A stretch of DNA of 64,000 nt from Eledone cirrhosa (GCA_964016885.1 OZ024740.1:319424001-319488000); one strand, 5' to 3'. Shown: positions 11,749-27,093, counted from the stretch's first letter. The notes: generated by a model from the letters alone, not told the origin. Numbers and translations are program-made.

Positions 11749-14428
11749 ATGTTAGAGAGGACTACTGGTATAAGATATATAATGGATAAATATTACATGT
11801 TAGAGAGGGCTACTGGTATAAGATATATAATGGATAAATATTACATGTTAGGGAGGGCTACTGGTATAAGATATATAATGGATAAATATTACATGTTAGG
11901 GAGGGCTACTGGTGTAAGATATATAATGGATAAATATTACATGTTAGAGAGGGCTACTGGTGTACGATATATAATGGATAAATATTACATGTTAGGGAGG
12001 GCTACTGGTGTACGATATATAATGGATAAATATTACATGTTAGGGAGGGCTACTGGTGTACGATATATAATGGATAAATATTACATGTTAGAGAGGGCTA
12101 CTGGCGTACGATATATAATGGATAAATATTACATGTTAGAGAGGGCTACTGGCGTACGATATATAATGGATAAATATTACATGTTAGAGAGGGCTACTGG
12201 TGTACAATATATAATGGCTAAATATTACATGTTAGAGAGGGCTACTGGTGTACGATATATAATGGATAAATATTACATGTTAGAGAGGGCTACTGGTGTA
12301 CGATATATAATGGATAAATATTACATGTTAGAGAGGGCTACTGGTGTACGATATATAATGGATACATATTACATGTTAGAGAGGGATACTGGTGTACGAT
12401 ATATAATGGATAAATATTACATGTTAGAGAGGACTACTGGTGTACGATATATAATGGATAAATATTACATGTTAGAGAGGACTACTGGTGTACGATATAT
12501 AATGGATACATATTACATGTTAGAGAGGGCTACTGGTGTACGATATATAATGGATAAATATTACATGTTAGAGAGGGCTACTGGTGTACGATATATAATG
12601 GATACATATTACATGTTAGAGAGGGCTACTGGTGTAAGATATATAATGGATACATATTACATGTTAGAGAGGGCTACTGGTGTACGATATATAATGGATA
12701 CATATTACATGTTAGAGAGTGCTACTGGCGTATGATATATAATGGATAAATATTACATGTTAGAGAGGGCTACTGGTGTACGATATATAATGGCTAAATA
12801 TTACATGTTAGGGAGGGCTACTGGTGTACGATATATTATGGCTAAATATTACATGTTAGAGAGGGCTACTGGTGTACGATATATAATGGATAAATATTAC
12901 ATGTTAGGGAGGGCTACTGGTGAACGATATATAATGGATACATATTACATGTTAGAGAGGGCTACTGGTGTACGATATATAATGGATACATATTACATGT
13001 TAGAGAGGGCTACTGGTGTACGATATATAATGGATAAATATTACATGTTAGAGAGGGCTACTGGTGTACGATATATAAAGGCTAAATATTACATGTTAGA
13101 GAGGGCTACTGGTGTACGATATATAATGGATACATATTACATGTTAGAGAGGGCTACTGGCGTACGATATATAATGGATAAATATTACATGTTAGAGAGG
13201 GCTACTGGTGTACGATATATAATGGCTAAATATTACATGTTAGGGTGGGCTACTGGTGTACGATATATAATGGCTAAATATTACATGTTAGAGAGGGCTA
13301 CTGGTGTACGATATATAATGGATAAATGTTACATGTTAGAGAGGGATACTGGTGTACGATATATAATGGCTAAATATTACATGTTAGAGAGGGCTACTGC
13401 TGTACGATATATAAAGGCTAAATATTACATGTTAGAGAGGGCTACTGGTGTACGATATATAATGGAAAAATATTACATGTTAGAGAGGGCTACTGGTGTA
13501 CGATATATAATGGATAAATATTACATGTTAGAGAGTGCTACTGGCGTATGATAAATAAAAAGGAAACACTACATGTTAGAGAGGGCTACTGGTGTATGAT
13601 AAATAATAAATAAATACTACATGTTAAAGAGGGCTACTGGTGTATGATAAATTATAAATAAACACTACATGTTAGAGAGTGCTATTGGGGTACGATAAAT
13701 AATAAATAAACACTACATGTTAGAGAATACTACTGGTGTATGATAAATAAAAAGTAAACACTACATGTTAGAGAGTGCTACTGGGGTACGATAAATAATA
13801 AATAAACACTACATGTTAGAGAGTGCTACTGGTGTATGATAAATAAAAAGTAAACACTACATGTTAGAGAGGGCTACTGGTGTATGATAAATAATAAATA
13901 AATACTACATGTTAGAGAGGGCTACTGGTGTATGATAAATAATAAATAAATACTACATGTTAGAGAGGGCTATTGGGGTACGATAAATAATAAATAAACA
14001 TTACATGTTCGAGAGTGCTACTGCTGTATGATAAATAAAAAGTAAACACTACATGTTAGAGAGTGCTACTGAGGTACGATAAATAATAAATAAACACTAC
14101 ATGTTAGAGAGTGCTAATGGTGTATGATAAATAAAAAATAAACACTACATGTTAGAGAGGGCTACTGGTGTATGATACATAATAAATAATACTACATGTT
14201 AGAGAGTGCTACTGGTGTACGATAAATTATAAATAAACACTACATGTTAGAGAGTGTTATTGGGGTACGATAAATTATAAATAAACACTACATGTTAGGG
14301 AGGGCTAATGGTGTAGCAGAAATAATAAGTAAACACTACATGTTAGAGAGGGCTAATGGTGTAGCAGAAATAATAAGTAAACACTACATGTTAGAGAGGG
14401 CTAATGGTGTATTAGAAATAATGAATAA
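11749..14428. repeat. 48-bp minisatellite, ~55 copies, two subtypes
   Basis: Unit atgttagagagggctactggtgtacgatatataatggataaatattac; switches to ...gataaataataaataaacactac near 13550. Confidence 0.95.
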
Positions 14429-14489
14429 ACAAATATACAAAAATAAAGAAAAAAATTAAATTAATATTATTCCCTTAACAGTAATAATA

Positions 14490-14683
14490 ATTGTTTCTAC
14501 TTTTGGCCCAAGGCCAGCAATTACTCCAGTACGTTACTGGTACTTTATTTTATCGACCCCGTAAGGATGAGAAGCAAAGTGAAACTCGGCTGGATTTGAA
14601 CTCAGGCCATAAAGGGCCGTAACTCTATGCTGCAAAGCATGGCGGCCGATCCTCTACCGATACTGCCACTCCACCGCCCTTAC
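14490..14683 (-). mobile_element. SINE
   Basis: Reverse complement of the family seen at 24275-24463 (gatttgaactc; atcgaccccgtaaggatga). Confidence 0.8.
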
Positions 14684-15714
14684 CATAACAGTAATAATAA
14701 TTAAGAAACCGAACTACGGAATCAACTGACCTACAATATCGAATGCTGACACCATTTTACTTTAAAGCGAGTCGGAGTATGGCGTGAAGTAAAGGAAATG
14801 TTTGATGTTTCAGACAGGATCGTTCACCGGATAAAGGTATCTACCTGAAACGCCAGACATCCCAACTTTCTCCCGTCGAAATAACTTATAACAGTTTGTT
14901 AGTTTTTTGCACATAGTAATTATGACTATCCCTAATTTACTCATTCACAATGTTCAATTAATTATTTTAATATGAACGCAGGTGTAACTAGATTGTTAAG
15001 GAGTTAATTGTTTTGAGTTGAATCAGACTGCGTGACATCATGGGTAATAGTTATATAATAGATGGTTATTGTTTGATAGTTAGTGTATAGCGAATATAAT
15101 TAATAAAGGATATCGTTGATGTGTCTTCAGCTATATCTCCGTGTCGTCTAAAGACCCGTGTGTGAAATTTGGTAGACTGAAACTACGTGGAAGAACGTTT
15201 TCCTGTTTTTGTGTGGTAAACTTAATTTATTGCCCGGTATATCACCATTGGTGTTTGAGAGAGTGTAGGGCAGTCCAATCAAGTGCAACCAGTCGGGCTT
15301 GATATTAGATAACAATTTTTCTTCTTTCTACCAGTTTTGGAGGCCCTGCAAAGGGGTCACGGGTACTATTCTACTTTCTCAGCATAGATCATTACACTCC
15401 ACATCAGTTTCTAAGCTATAAAATGTTTGCGTCAGCGAGATAATTATAATAACTATTTCTTATGAATAGTTACACCGCGAACCTTTGTGATGAGATATAC
15501 TGAATCGAATTTATATTGAACCAATATGTATATATATTTTTTTCGTTTTCATGCTGATAGTTTGCATGTGTAGCACCATTTTTATATATTATCATAGAAA
15601 CTATCTTCTTTGAAGAATTCCCAGACACGAGAACCAAGCCGGGAAGCTTTTAGGAATATCGCAATCTTAGTATTTATAATTAGTTATCTTAAATACTCTT
15701 AAGTATATCCATTG

Positions 15715-15860
15715 TGGAGGCGTGTGTGACTTAGTGGTTAGAGAATTGGATTCGCAATCATGAGGTTACGAGTTCCATCCCCCCCCCCCCACCCCGGGCG
15801 ATGAGTTATGTTTTTGAACAAGACACGTTATTTCACGTTTCTCTCTGCCGGGAGTTGCCA
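15715..15860 (+). mobile_element. tRNA-derived SINE
   Basis: A-box-like tgacttagtggttaga and B-box-like gagttccatcc. Confidence 0.55.
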
Positions 15861-16094
15861 CCGGTAGGTAGTATCAGCAATGGAAAGACCGATGGAAGCA
15901 TTGTTTCCTCGGTCCGATTTGACGACCTTAACCCCACTCAGTAAGCAAATGTGGTCTGGGATCTTGTCCATTGTTTTAAAGAAAAAAAAAGGAAAAATAT
16001 CTGTTGTAGATGCTAACACATTAGTTTCGTATGACTAGCTTTCTGTCAAGAGAATACGTTGTCAGGTAATGTGTAATTACTCGGGGTGTTTTGA

Positions 16095-16558
16095 CACTAT
16101 ACGACAACCTGTTGTGGTGTCCACAGCAATATCATTCACGGCACTACACTACAACATTTTCCTCTTGTAATACCGACATTAAGGTAATTTACAACGCTAC
16201 ATCATAACGTTTTCCTGTTGTGATGTCACCAGTAATACCATTCACGACACTACATCATAACTTTAACCTGTTGTGATGTCACCAGTAATACCATTCACGA
16301 CACTACACCACAACCTTTTCTGTTGTGATGTCACCAGTAATACCATTCACGACACTACACCACAACCTTTTCTGTTGTGATGTCACCAGTAATACCATTC
16401 ACGACACTACACCACAACCTTTCCTGTTGTGATATCACCAGTAATACCATTCACGACACTACACCATAACGTTTTCTGTTGTGATGTCACCAGTAATACC
16501 ATTCACGACACTACACCACAAACTTTTCTGTTGTGATGTCGCCAGTAATATTATTCAC
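16095..16558. repeat. 52-bp minisatellite, ~9 copies
   Basis: Unit cactacaccacaaccttttctgttgtgatgtcaccagtaataccattcacga (copies start at 16301, 16353, ...), with an internal hairpin cacaac/gttgtg. Confidence 0.9.
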
Positions 16559-16559
16559 T

Positions 16560-18697
16560 GCAAATCTTCTCCTGATTTCGTGCTCAACACTTCCCATATA
16601 TAGAATATCCAGCAAAAGGATATTTCCGTTGCCTCTCCAAATCTGCAGGAAGCTGTCTTCCACTTTCTCACTGCTATTCTCAAAGCTGTAAGAGTTTTGT
16701 ACAGACCTGCACCAAGTCCTGGATTTGGTGTCTTTCCTCTCCGAGCCCCATTTATATCGGTCTTCTTGCGAGACAGACAGTTGTATCAAAATGATCTTCG
16801 TCTCCTAGTGTCACATAGCCAAGTCGCACCTCAAAGACGTTTAGACAACTTGGGGAAGTATTGTTTTATTTTCCCAGGCACACTTTCACTCCCACCCATG
16901 CAGGAGGCTCTTCTTAGTATTTCTAGAAGAAAGTGACTTCTACTTGCTTATGAAATGGATGAATGGAGTTGGCTTCGCATGAGTTTGGTACTTTCTGTCT
17001 CACCTGCACCGTGATGTCAGCCAGCGCTCTGAGACCTTGCTATAGCGTCATCTGTATCTCCCCTGGTTAATTAGAATCGTGCACTCTAATAGTATATGAG
17101 CCAATAGGTCTCCCCCTCTCTCCCACTTTATTTCCCCGCATAATCTCTACAATGTGTCTTCCTTATTCCCTACCTGAACAGGTTTGTTGGTGTTGAAAGA
17201 TTATTGTACACTGATTGGAACAAGAAAGGCATTGGAAAAGGATCTAAAGTTTAGGCCACGACCCTGGATCGTCGTCTTTCTTCCTTCAGCTAACAAATCT
17301 TGACTTCAATCACGTCTCACTTCCGTCTTAAGTCTTTGTTCTCCATTGTTAGAAGTGTCATTCTCACCCTATATACGGGTTCCGGATGATGTCGTTCAAA
17401 TTTAGTTTGCCTTCTACCAGTGCCATGGGTGTGTCAGCTGACCATGTATGTCCTAATTATGTGATGATTCCTGCATCTCTGATCTTTTCATCCACTGAAT
17501 CCCTGTATATAATCCCAAACATGTACTCTACTTCTGTAAACTCTTTGAACACTGGTGATAGGCATGATATATACTCCTACGGATGTGAATTTTAAGCCAG
17601 ATTCGGAGATGATCGTTCAATCACCTCTCGACAGATGTAACAGATGCCATAGTCACTTCATCAATCTTAAATGGCCACATAGATCTTAGTAGCAGTCCAT
17701 AAGAGACAGACCCTGATCCATCTATATTTCTCAGCCAAGCATGTGTTGGACTTCTTTCTATGCTGATCTTTAAGCATACACCTAAAGACAAGCCCCAAAG
17801 AATTATCACCGTAGCTCTGAGGAAATCCCTCAGAACTTACTTAAGGCCGACAGTCTGGGATTTTGTGAACCTGTATGTGTCCTTTATGAACTGAATTCAC
17901 TCATCATTCTCCTCCTTCAGTCTCTGGGATTTTTGTACTCTCCTCTTCCTGCACATTTGTCCTCGAAGATCTCTGGTGAGATCTTTTATGCTTTCTTTTT
18001 TCTCAACTCTTGATCTTTGAACTGCTTAGTAAGAATATATATTTCCCTCATCAGTTGCAAGATCTTTCTTATTCTTCTGTTGGACTGTTTGTCTCTTGTT
18101 CCAGGGTGCTCGTCCTCTCTTCTGTAACAAATGATGTCTTCAATTTTCCTTTCGACCGTTCCTACTAATGTGACTCCCAAGAACTCTGTCAGGTCGTAAT
18201 CGAGTTGGTTCTATCTTGTGTTGCCAATGAAAATTTCACTTTCTCTCTTACACATTGGATGCCCGGATAGCATTAGAGCACCCTCTCCCGTGGCTCTGCG
18301 AAGAACAGCTGCTGAGAAAGTTCTCATGTGTAGTAGGATGCTTTCTGAATAGAGTTCTCCAATGTGTCGTGAAATGTTTCCAATCTACGTAGTATCTATT
18401 TCTCCCTTATTCCACTCCTGATCCTTGAAATCTTCATGTATTAGCACTTCACTTCTAAGACTACCACTGTGAGCAGTTGAAATGAGTAAAACTATTGGTC
18501 AAGTTAAGCCTGTCCTGAGAGGAGTGACCACCAATAAGACTGTCTAAGTCAGAAGTAAAACTAGCTGTCCAGTTAAGCTCGTCTTAAGAGGAGTGACCAC
18601 CAATAAGACTGTCTGAGTTAGAAGTAAAACTAGCTGTCAAGTTGAGCCTGCCCTGGCAGGAAAGACCACCAATAAGACTGTCTGAGTCAGAAGTCAT
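16560..18697 (-). pseudogene. Decayed long reading frame, candidate endogenous viral element (PA-like / L-protein N-terminal half of a segmented negative-strand RNA virus)
   Basis: Purine-rich, largely open minus-strand frames broken by stops and frameshifts; by-eye collinear motifs ILLHMRT, R*NQLDYDLTEFLGVT, YIMPI/YMFGIIYR, RVVA*TL, ILLECTILINQ; no TE motifs recognised. Confidence 0.4.
18486..18695. repeat. Three 69-bp tandem repeats (23 codons each) at the start of the decayed frame
   Basis: gtaaaact at 18486, 18555 and 18624; shared gaccaccaataagactgtct. Confidence 0.88.
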
Positions 18698-19079
18698 TTA
18701 CTGTAGAGAAAAGGTATATTAAATAGTACAACCATAAATGGGGATGGAGGATGATGTTGCAGTCATGTGAATGTGTTTTAAGAGGTGTGAGGGATGTTCC
18801 TTTATGTAGTGAGAATAGATGTGGGTGGAGGGTGACACTCATGTGGGAATGTGATAAATATGACAAATGAATGAGGTGCGTGCGTCTGTGTGTGGGAGGG
18901 GGGGGGGGGTTACATGTTCAATCCTGAGCAAAATATTTGTCCAGAAAATATTTTGAATTCAGCACATCACAGTGTGCTTTGAGTCAGCCATTACGTTATT
19001 CATACGCTTTCCATGGTCATTACATTTATGTCCGTCCTATTGTGTCCCTCAGCCTCTCCCTCATTTCAAGCCTCTAGAG

Positions 19080-19281
19080 CTGGCATGTCAACCTGAGGGT
19101 CCCTTGAAGACCACATGGGTCACATATGTGTTGTCTGAGGGCCACACACGACAACTAAATGTGCACATTGCAACTAATTTTTTTTATTTTATATTACGAA
19201 GATAAAACATGCTCGCGCTGTAAAAACCTTTATGCGGGCCGCAGGTATGATTGTAAAGGGCCGCATGTTTACAATGCCGGC
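19080..19281. mobile_element. Small hAT (Charlie-like) MITE
   Basis: Imperfect TIRs ctggcatgtcaac / gtttacaatgccgg, ctctag on both flanks, internal gggccgc motifs. Confidence 0.4.
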
Positions 19282-19994
19282 TCTAGGATCATGCTCTTTG
19301 TTCACCTCTGTAACTTTCATTAATGCCTTCTTCTTAGTGTTGTGCTGCGAATGAAGTTGCTAGACTCATTCACCCACATCTGTGTTCATGTCTGGAGGTC
19401 ATCTGTCAAGTACTGTTTACAATGATATAAAGCCTGAACTAGTAAATAGACGCGGGGCGTTTGCCCCATTACCACCGCGCCCAAGACCCAGAGCCCATCA
19501 ACCACCTTCCCCTCCCATTCTTCTCTGACACTAGAGCCCTTGTCTTTCCTCTCCTTTTCCGTTTTTTTAAATATTTTCTTATTTTACATTCTGTTCTTTC
19601 TTCTCAATTTTTTTTATTTTTATACTTCTATTAAATTGTTTTTACTTTTATAAAAAAAAAAAAGAATTACAAATAATTTAGAAGTGAAATTTCGATATCA
19701 TTTGATTAGTTACAAAACAGGGCCAAGTTTGTTTTGAGCAATATATAATGGATTAAATCTACCCCAGTACATTAAACTGATACTTTTTTAATGATTTTCA
19801 TATCTGAGGATTGGTACCGTGGCACTTATATTCACGTTACCGGGATTTAAATACAGAACAAGGTGACAGGAGATTAGAAATCTCTGTGCTGTCTTGCAAA
19901 CCAGCAAACCAGAAAAGCAATATAAATGTTATGTGGTTTCTATAAACTCTCAATATATTTGTATTCGGGAGGGAATAATAATAACATTATAATA

Positions 19995-20145
19995 ATTGTG
20001 TCAACTTTTGGCACAAGGCCAGCAATTATCCCAGTGTATTACTGGTACTTTATTTTATTGACCCCGTAAGGATGAAAGGCAAAGTTAACCTCGGCGGGAT
20101 TTGAGCTCAGATCGTAAAGGCCCGTAACTCCATGCTACAAAGCAT
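19995..20145 (-). mobile_element. SINE (5'-truncated)
   Basis: Same family as 14490-14683. Confidence 0.75.
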
Positions 20146-20179
20146 TATAACATTATAATAATATCATAATATCATTAAT

Positions 20180-20450
20180 ATTCGGTTTGTTTCCAAGCAA
20201 ACACCCTCATAAATATCATGTGTTAGATGACCAACGTTATCTATTTGTTCCAGCGGTAGCTGAGAGAAAACAATCGACAATTGTTTCGGAGATTTTTCTC
20301 CTTATCGAGATAATGGATTCTCGATAAGGAGCAAAACTCCGAAACAATTGTAGATTGCTTTTTTTTTCAGCTACCACTGGAACAAAAGGATGACGTTGGT
20401 CATCTCCCACATGGTGTTTATGAGGCTGTTAGCTTGGAAACAAACCGAAT
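20180..20450. mobile_element. Foldback MITE, ~130-bp inverted arms
   Basis: attcggtttgtttccaagc...ccttatcgaga / tctcgataagg...gcttggaaacaaaccgaat with an ~8-nt loop. Confidence 0.8.
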
Positions 20451-20455
20451 CTAAA

Positions 20456-20641
20456 TAATTGTTTCTACTTTTGGCACAAGGCCAACAATTATCCCAGTGC
20501 ATTACTGGTACTTTATTTTATCAACCTCATAAGGATGAACGGCAAAGTTAATCTCGGCGGGATTTGAACTCAGACCGTAAAGGGGCATAACTCTATGCTA
20601 CAAAACATGGCGTCCGACCCTCTACCGATACAGACAATCCG
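20456..20641 (-). mobile_element. SINE
   Basis: Same family as 14490-14683. Confidence 0.8.
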
Positions 20642-20672
20642 AATATTACCATATTTATTATTATTCACTCAT

Positions 20673-20895
20673 GAAGGCGGTGGATTGGCAGTATCGGTAG
20701 AGGGTCGGACACCATGCTTTGCAGCATAGAGTTACAACCCTTTATGATCTGATTTCAAATCCCGCTGAGGTCAGCTTTGCCTTTCATCCTTACTGGGTCG
20801 ATAAAATAAACTACCAGCCACGCAGTGGGGTCGAATTAATCGACTTTCTCCTCTCCCCAAAATTGCTGGCCTTGTGCCTATATAAGAAACCATTA
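20673..20895 (+). mobile_element. SINE, head-to-head with the 20456-20641 copy
   Basis: aaggcggtggattggcagtatcggtagag...gtcgataaaataaactaccag. Confidence 0.8.
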
Positions 20896-21710
20896 TTATT
20901 CACTCATGAATGCATTTAGGTATACACCATGTTAAGAGCGAAAACTAATTTTGATCAGTATTTTTCTTTAATCGAAAAAGCATAAAAACATGGTGGTGAT
21001 GTTTTTGTATGAATTGTAGTGACTTCTCATAAAGTGTTTTAAACTGATTGTCGTAAAAAAAAAAACATTGTTGTAATCATCATTGTGGTGACTAGCAGGG
21101 TGGTTTTCTGCTAGCATGTGTAGTGTGCATATTGATATTATACGCAGGTATATATACATGTAGATATGATACATCAAATAAAATCGTAATTGACAATATA
21201 CACAGAAATTGAACGAAGGCTGCGTTACACTGTCTTATGTAATCAGTAACGTAATCCATTGACGGAAATATAGGACTGTTTATTTAAGCGATTGCTAACC
21301 GGAAGTGTTGACATTTGAAAATTTTAAAGAAGTAAATCTTAAAATAAGCGACAAAATTATTTATATTTAATCAAAAATAACGAAATTTTGTAGATAAATT
21401 ATGCAATATTCAAAGTACTCTAACTTATTTTACAAACGGAATAAAAAATATATATACTGGACGCTGTCCCGCACTCCTCTCTTTATTATAGTTTAGACTA
21501 GCCATATTGACTCAAGAGAGGTGATGAAACATGGAAGTTGTGATGTTAATGACCTTACTATATAGAGTCAGCAGACAATTATAAGTAGCGCTGTCGTGTT
21601 GCTGAAAAACGGTGCAATCGCTGCATTCGCCTGTGCCATATTTCTCATAATTCTTTCCAGATTTGGCTCTGCAATATACATGTGTATTGTGTGTATTTCT
21701 CTGTGTGTGT

Positions 21711-24228
<2,518 letters not shown>

Positions 24229-24274
24229 ATATATTATATACATTATATATATTATATACATTATATACATATAT

Positions 24275-24463
24275 AAGGTGGTGGATTGGCAGTATTGGTA
24301 GAGGGTTGGACGCCATGCTTTCCAGCATAGTTACGTCCCTTTATGATCCGAGTTCAAATCCCGCCGAGGTTGACTTTGCCTTTCATCCTTACGGGGTCGA
24401 TAAAATAAAGTACCTGTAATGCACTGGGTAATTGCTGGCCTTGTGCCTAAAGTAGAAACAATT
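24275..24463 (+). mobile_element. SINE
   Basis: aaggtggtggattggcagtattggtagag...gagttcaaatcccgccgaggttgactttgcctttcatccttacggggtcgataaaataaagtacc. Confidence 0.85.
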
Positions 24464-24518
24464 ATATACATATATATATAGATACTAATACATACATACA
24501 CATACACACACATATATA

Positions 24519-25416
24519 CGAGGTGTGTCAGAAAAGTTCCAGGACTGATGTCACAAAAGATTTATTTCAAACCCAAATTTCACACTAAGAGTTATCTCCT
24601 TCAAAGTAATCCCCCTGGAGTATGTAACTGTAATCTTAGCTCCCTGCAGCGATCAAACTTTTTTCTTCATAATTTTATATACATGTCCTCTGTTTCAGGT
24701 CGTCAAGCAATGAGCACAGAGCAACGAACAAACTTGAAAACTCCGTCAGAAGCACTGGGATTGCTGCAGCAAGTGTATGGAGATGAGACGATGTCCCGCT
24801 CGCGTGTTTTTGAGTGGTGCAAGAGGTTTAAAGAAGGACGCGAGGACGTAGAAGATGACCCCAGGAGCGGAAGGCCCTCTACAACCAGGAGTGAGGTCAA
24901 CGTTGAGCGCGTCAGGCAGATGGTGCGTAGCGATCGTCGGCTGACTGTTCGACTGATGGCAAATGAGCTGGGCATGAAGCGGGACGGCGTCTGGAAGATT
25001 CTCACTGAAGATTTGGACATGCGGAAAGTCTACGCGAAGATGGTGCCAAAACTGCTGAACGATGACCAGAAGGGTCGACGCATGCAAGTGTGCCAGGACA
25101 TCCATCCACGAGCGTCTTAAAACCGAACCAGACTTGCTAGGGACAGTCATCATCGGTGATAAGTCATGGATCTTCGAGTACGACCCGGAGGGGAGCCGTT
25201 TTGAAGACGTGGACGACATCAAAAAGGGTGAGACGACGGAACTGCGGAGGATCCCGGAAGAATCCTTCCAGGAGTGCACGAAAGCGTGGCAGAAAAGGAT
25301 GGAAAAGTGCATTAGACTCCAGGGATTACTTTGAAGGAGAAAACTCTAGGTGTGAAGTTTGGGTTTGAAATAAATCTTTTGTGACGTCAGTCCAGAAACT
25401 TCTCTGACCCACCTCG
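24519..25416 (+). mobile_element. Mariner transposon, internally deleted, non-autonomous
   Basis: ~70-bp TIRs cgaggtgtgtcagaaaagttcc... / ...aacttctctgacccacctcg; TA duplication; HTH region VFEWCKRFKEGREDVEDDPRSGRP, KMVPKLL, GDKSWIFEYDPE fused directly to the C-terminal GSRFEDVDDIK; frameshifted. Confidence 0.92.
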
Positions 25417-25436
25417 TATATATATATATATATATA

Positions 25437-25752
25437 AAATAAAATAAAATAAATAAGTCAAATGTTTAAAATTTGGCTTCGTTTATTACTGCTATATATA
25501 TTTGGTGACAGCCATCTTTGGCTGTGACCTCTTCAGGCAGTCCGAATTAGTGTGGTAGAGGACTACACATGTTGTTGAGGTGTTTAACTTTGTCAATACT
25601 CTGATATGCCCAGTTCCTGGTTGGGTTGTTGTTTCACTGAGGAACTGGAATCATATGAATTTAAAGAAACGAATTTCAGCGTCAAAGGACATCTTCTCCT
25701 CTCATTGGTCATTTGTGAGAACATTCCCCAGTCAAACGTCTATAGAAAATCG
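25437..25752 (-). mobile_element. Short (TA)n-flanked insert carrying a damaged minimal HHR at 25488-25541
   Basis: Minus strand actgc-CTGAAGA-ggtcacagcca-aaga-tggctgtcacc-AAA-tatata-TA-gcagt; G12 is missing. Confidence 0.6.
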
Positions 25753-25785
<33 letters not shown>

Positions 25786-25818
25786 AAATTTCGCTCTACA
25801 CGGCTGAATACAATAAAC

Positions 25819-26069
25819 GTAATCTGAGTTTTTCGAATATTAATAATAACATTCGATTCGCTTGCAATTATGCAAACAAGACTCAATTTTATAGCCATGT
25901 CAGTAGAATGAACCCATCATTCATGCGAACAGAACTGCAATTCTGTTCGCATGCCCACAGAAGAGTAAGAAAGAAGTGTTCATTCTACTGACATGGCTAT
26001 AAAATTGAGGCTTGTTTGCATCATTTCAAACGAATCGAATGTTATTATTAATATTCGAAAAACTCAGAT

Positions 26070-26072
<3 letters not shown>
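25819..26072. repeat. Foldback element with ~95-bp arms and an inner 13-bp hairpin, within (TA)n
   Basis: gtaatctgagtttttcgaata...cagtagaatgaac / gttcattctactg...tattcgaaaaactcagattac; inner catgcgaacagaa/ttctgttcgcatg. Confidence 0.8.
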
Positions 26073-26108
<36 letters not shown>

Positions 26109-26231
26109 GTTTGTATGTATATATATATATACGTATAGATCAACACACACGCATATGTTTACATATATATATATATAAACATATGCGTGTGTGTCTATAT
26201 GTATATATACGTATATACACACACGCATATG

Positions 26232-26313
<82 letters not shown>

Positions 26314-26323
26314 ATATACACAC

Positions 26324-26471
<148 letters not shown>

Positions 26472-26715
26472 TGAGAGAGAGAGAGAGAGAAAGAATTGTT
26501 TGTGCTTTGAAAAGAAGCCCCTTACCGCAATCTCAGCTCTTGTATAACATTTCGAATTTAGTCTAGACATTTCTGAAGCCGTTTCTTCTCCTGACATGTT
26601 AATTGAGTGCTTTAGTGCAAATTAACTACTTTGTGCAAAGGCGTATCTCCACTTTGCAGATACTTTGGAAATTACATTAATTATTTCTAATAAATTCGTT
26701 TGAAATAACAACTAT

Positions 26716-26734
26716 ATGGACAACAACAACAATA

Positions 26735-26795
<61 letters not shown>

Positions 26796-26831
26796 GTGCT
26801 GCTGCTGCTGCTTCTGCTGCTGCTGCTGCTG

Positions 26832-26880
<49 letters not shown>

Positions 26881-26883
26881 CAA

Positions 26884-26918
<35 letters not shown>

Positions 26919-26921
26919 ACA

Positions 26922-26973
<52 letters not shown>

Positions 26974-27003
26974 TACTACTACTACTACTACTACTACTAC
27001 CAA

Positions 27004-27059
<56 letters not shown>

Positions 27060-27060
27060 A

Positions 27061-27093
<33 letters not shown>

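Noticed and set aside
11749-13551. 328-aa and 269-aa repeat proteins, or a CRISPR-like array
   Set aside because: Pure 48-bp tandem repeat with no unique spacers, no cas genes and no flanking coding context
15715-15790. tRNA gene (also 50240-50310)
   Set aside because: A/B-box heads run into SINE bodies and a full cloverleaf does not form
16095-16558. CRISPR-like array (hairpin-containing repeat beside virus-like sequence)
   Set aside because: Units are contiguous tandem copies with no variable spacers
25922-25965. Hairpin in the foldback spacer as HHR stem II
   Set aside because: Flanks (ctgtgggc / gaat) deviate too far from CUGANGA and GAAA
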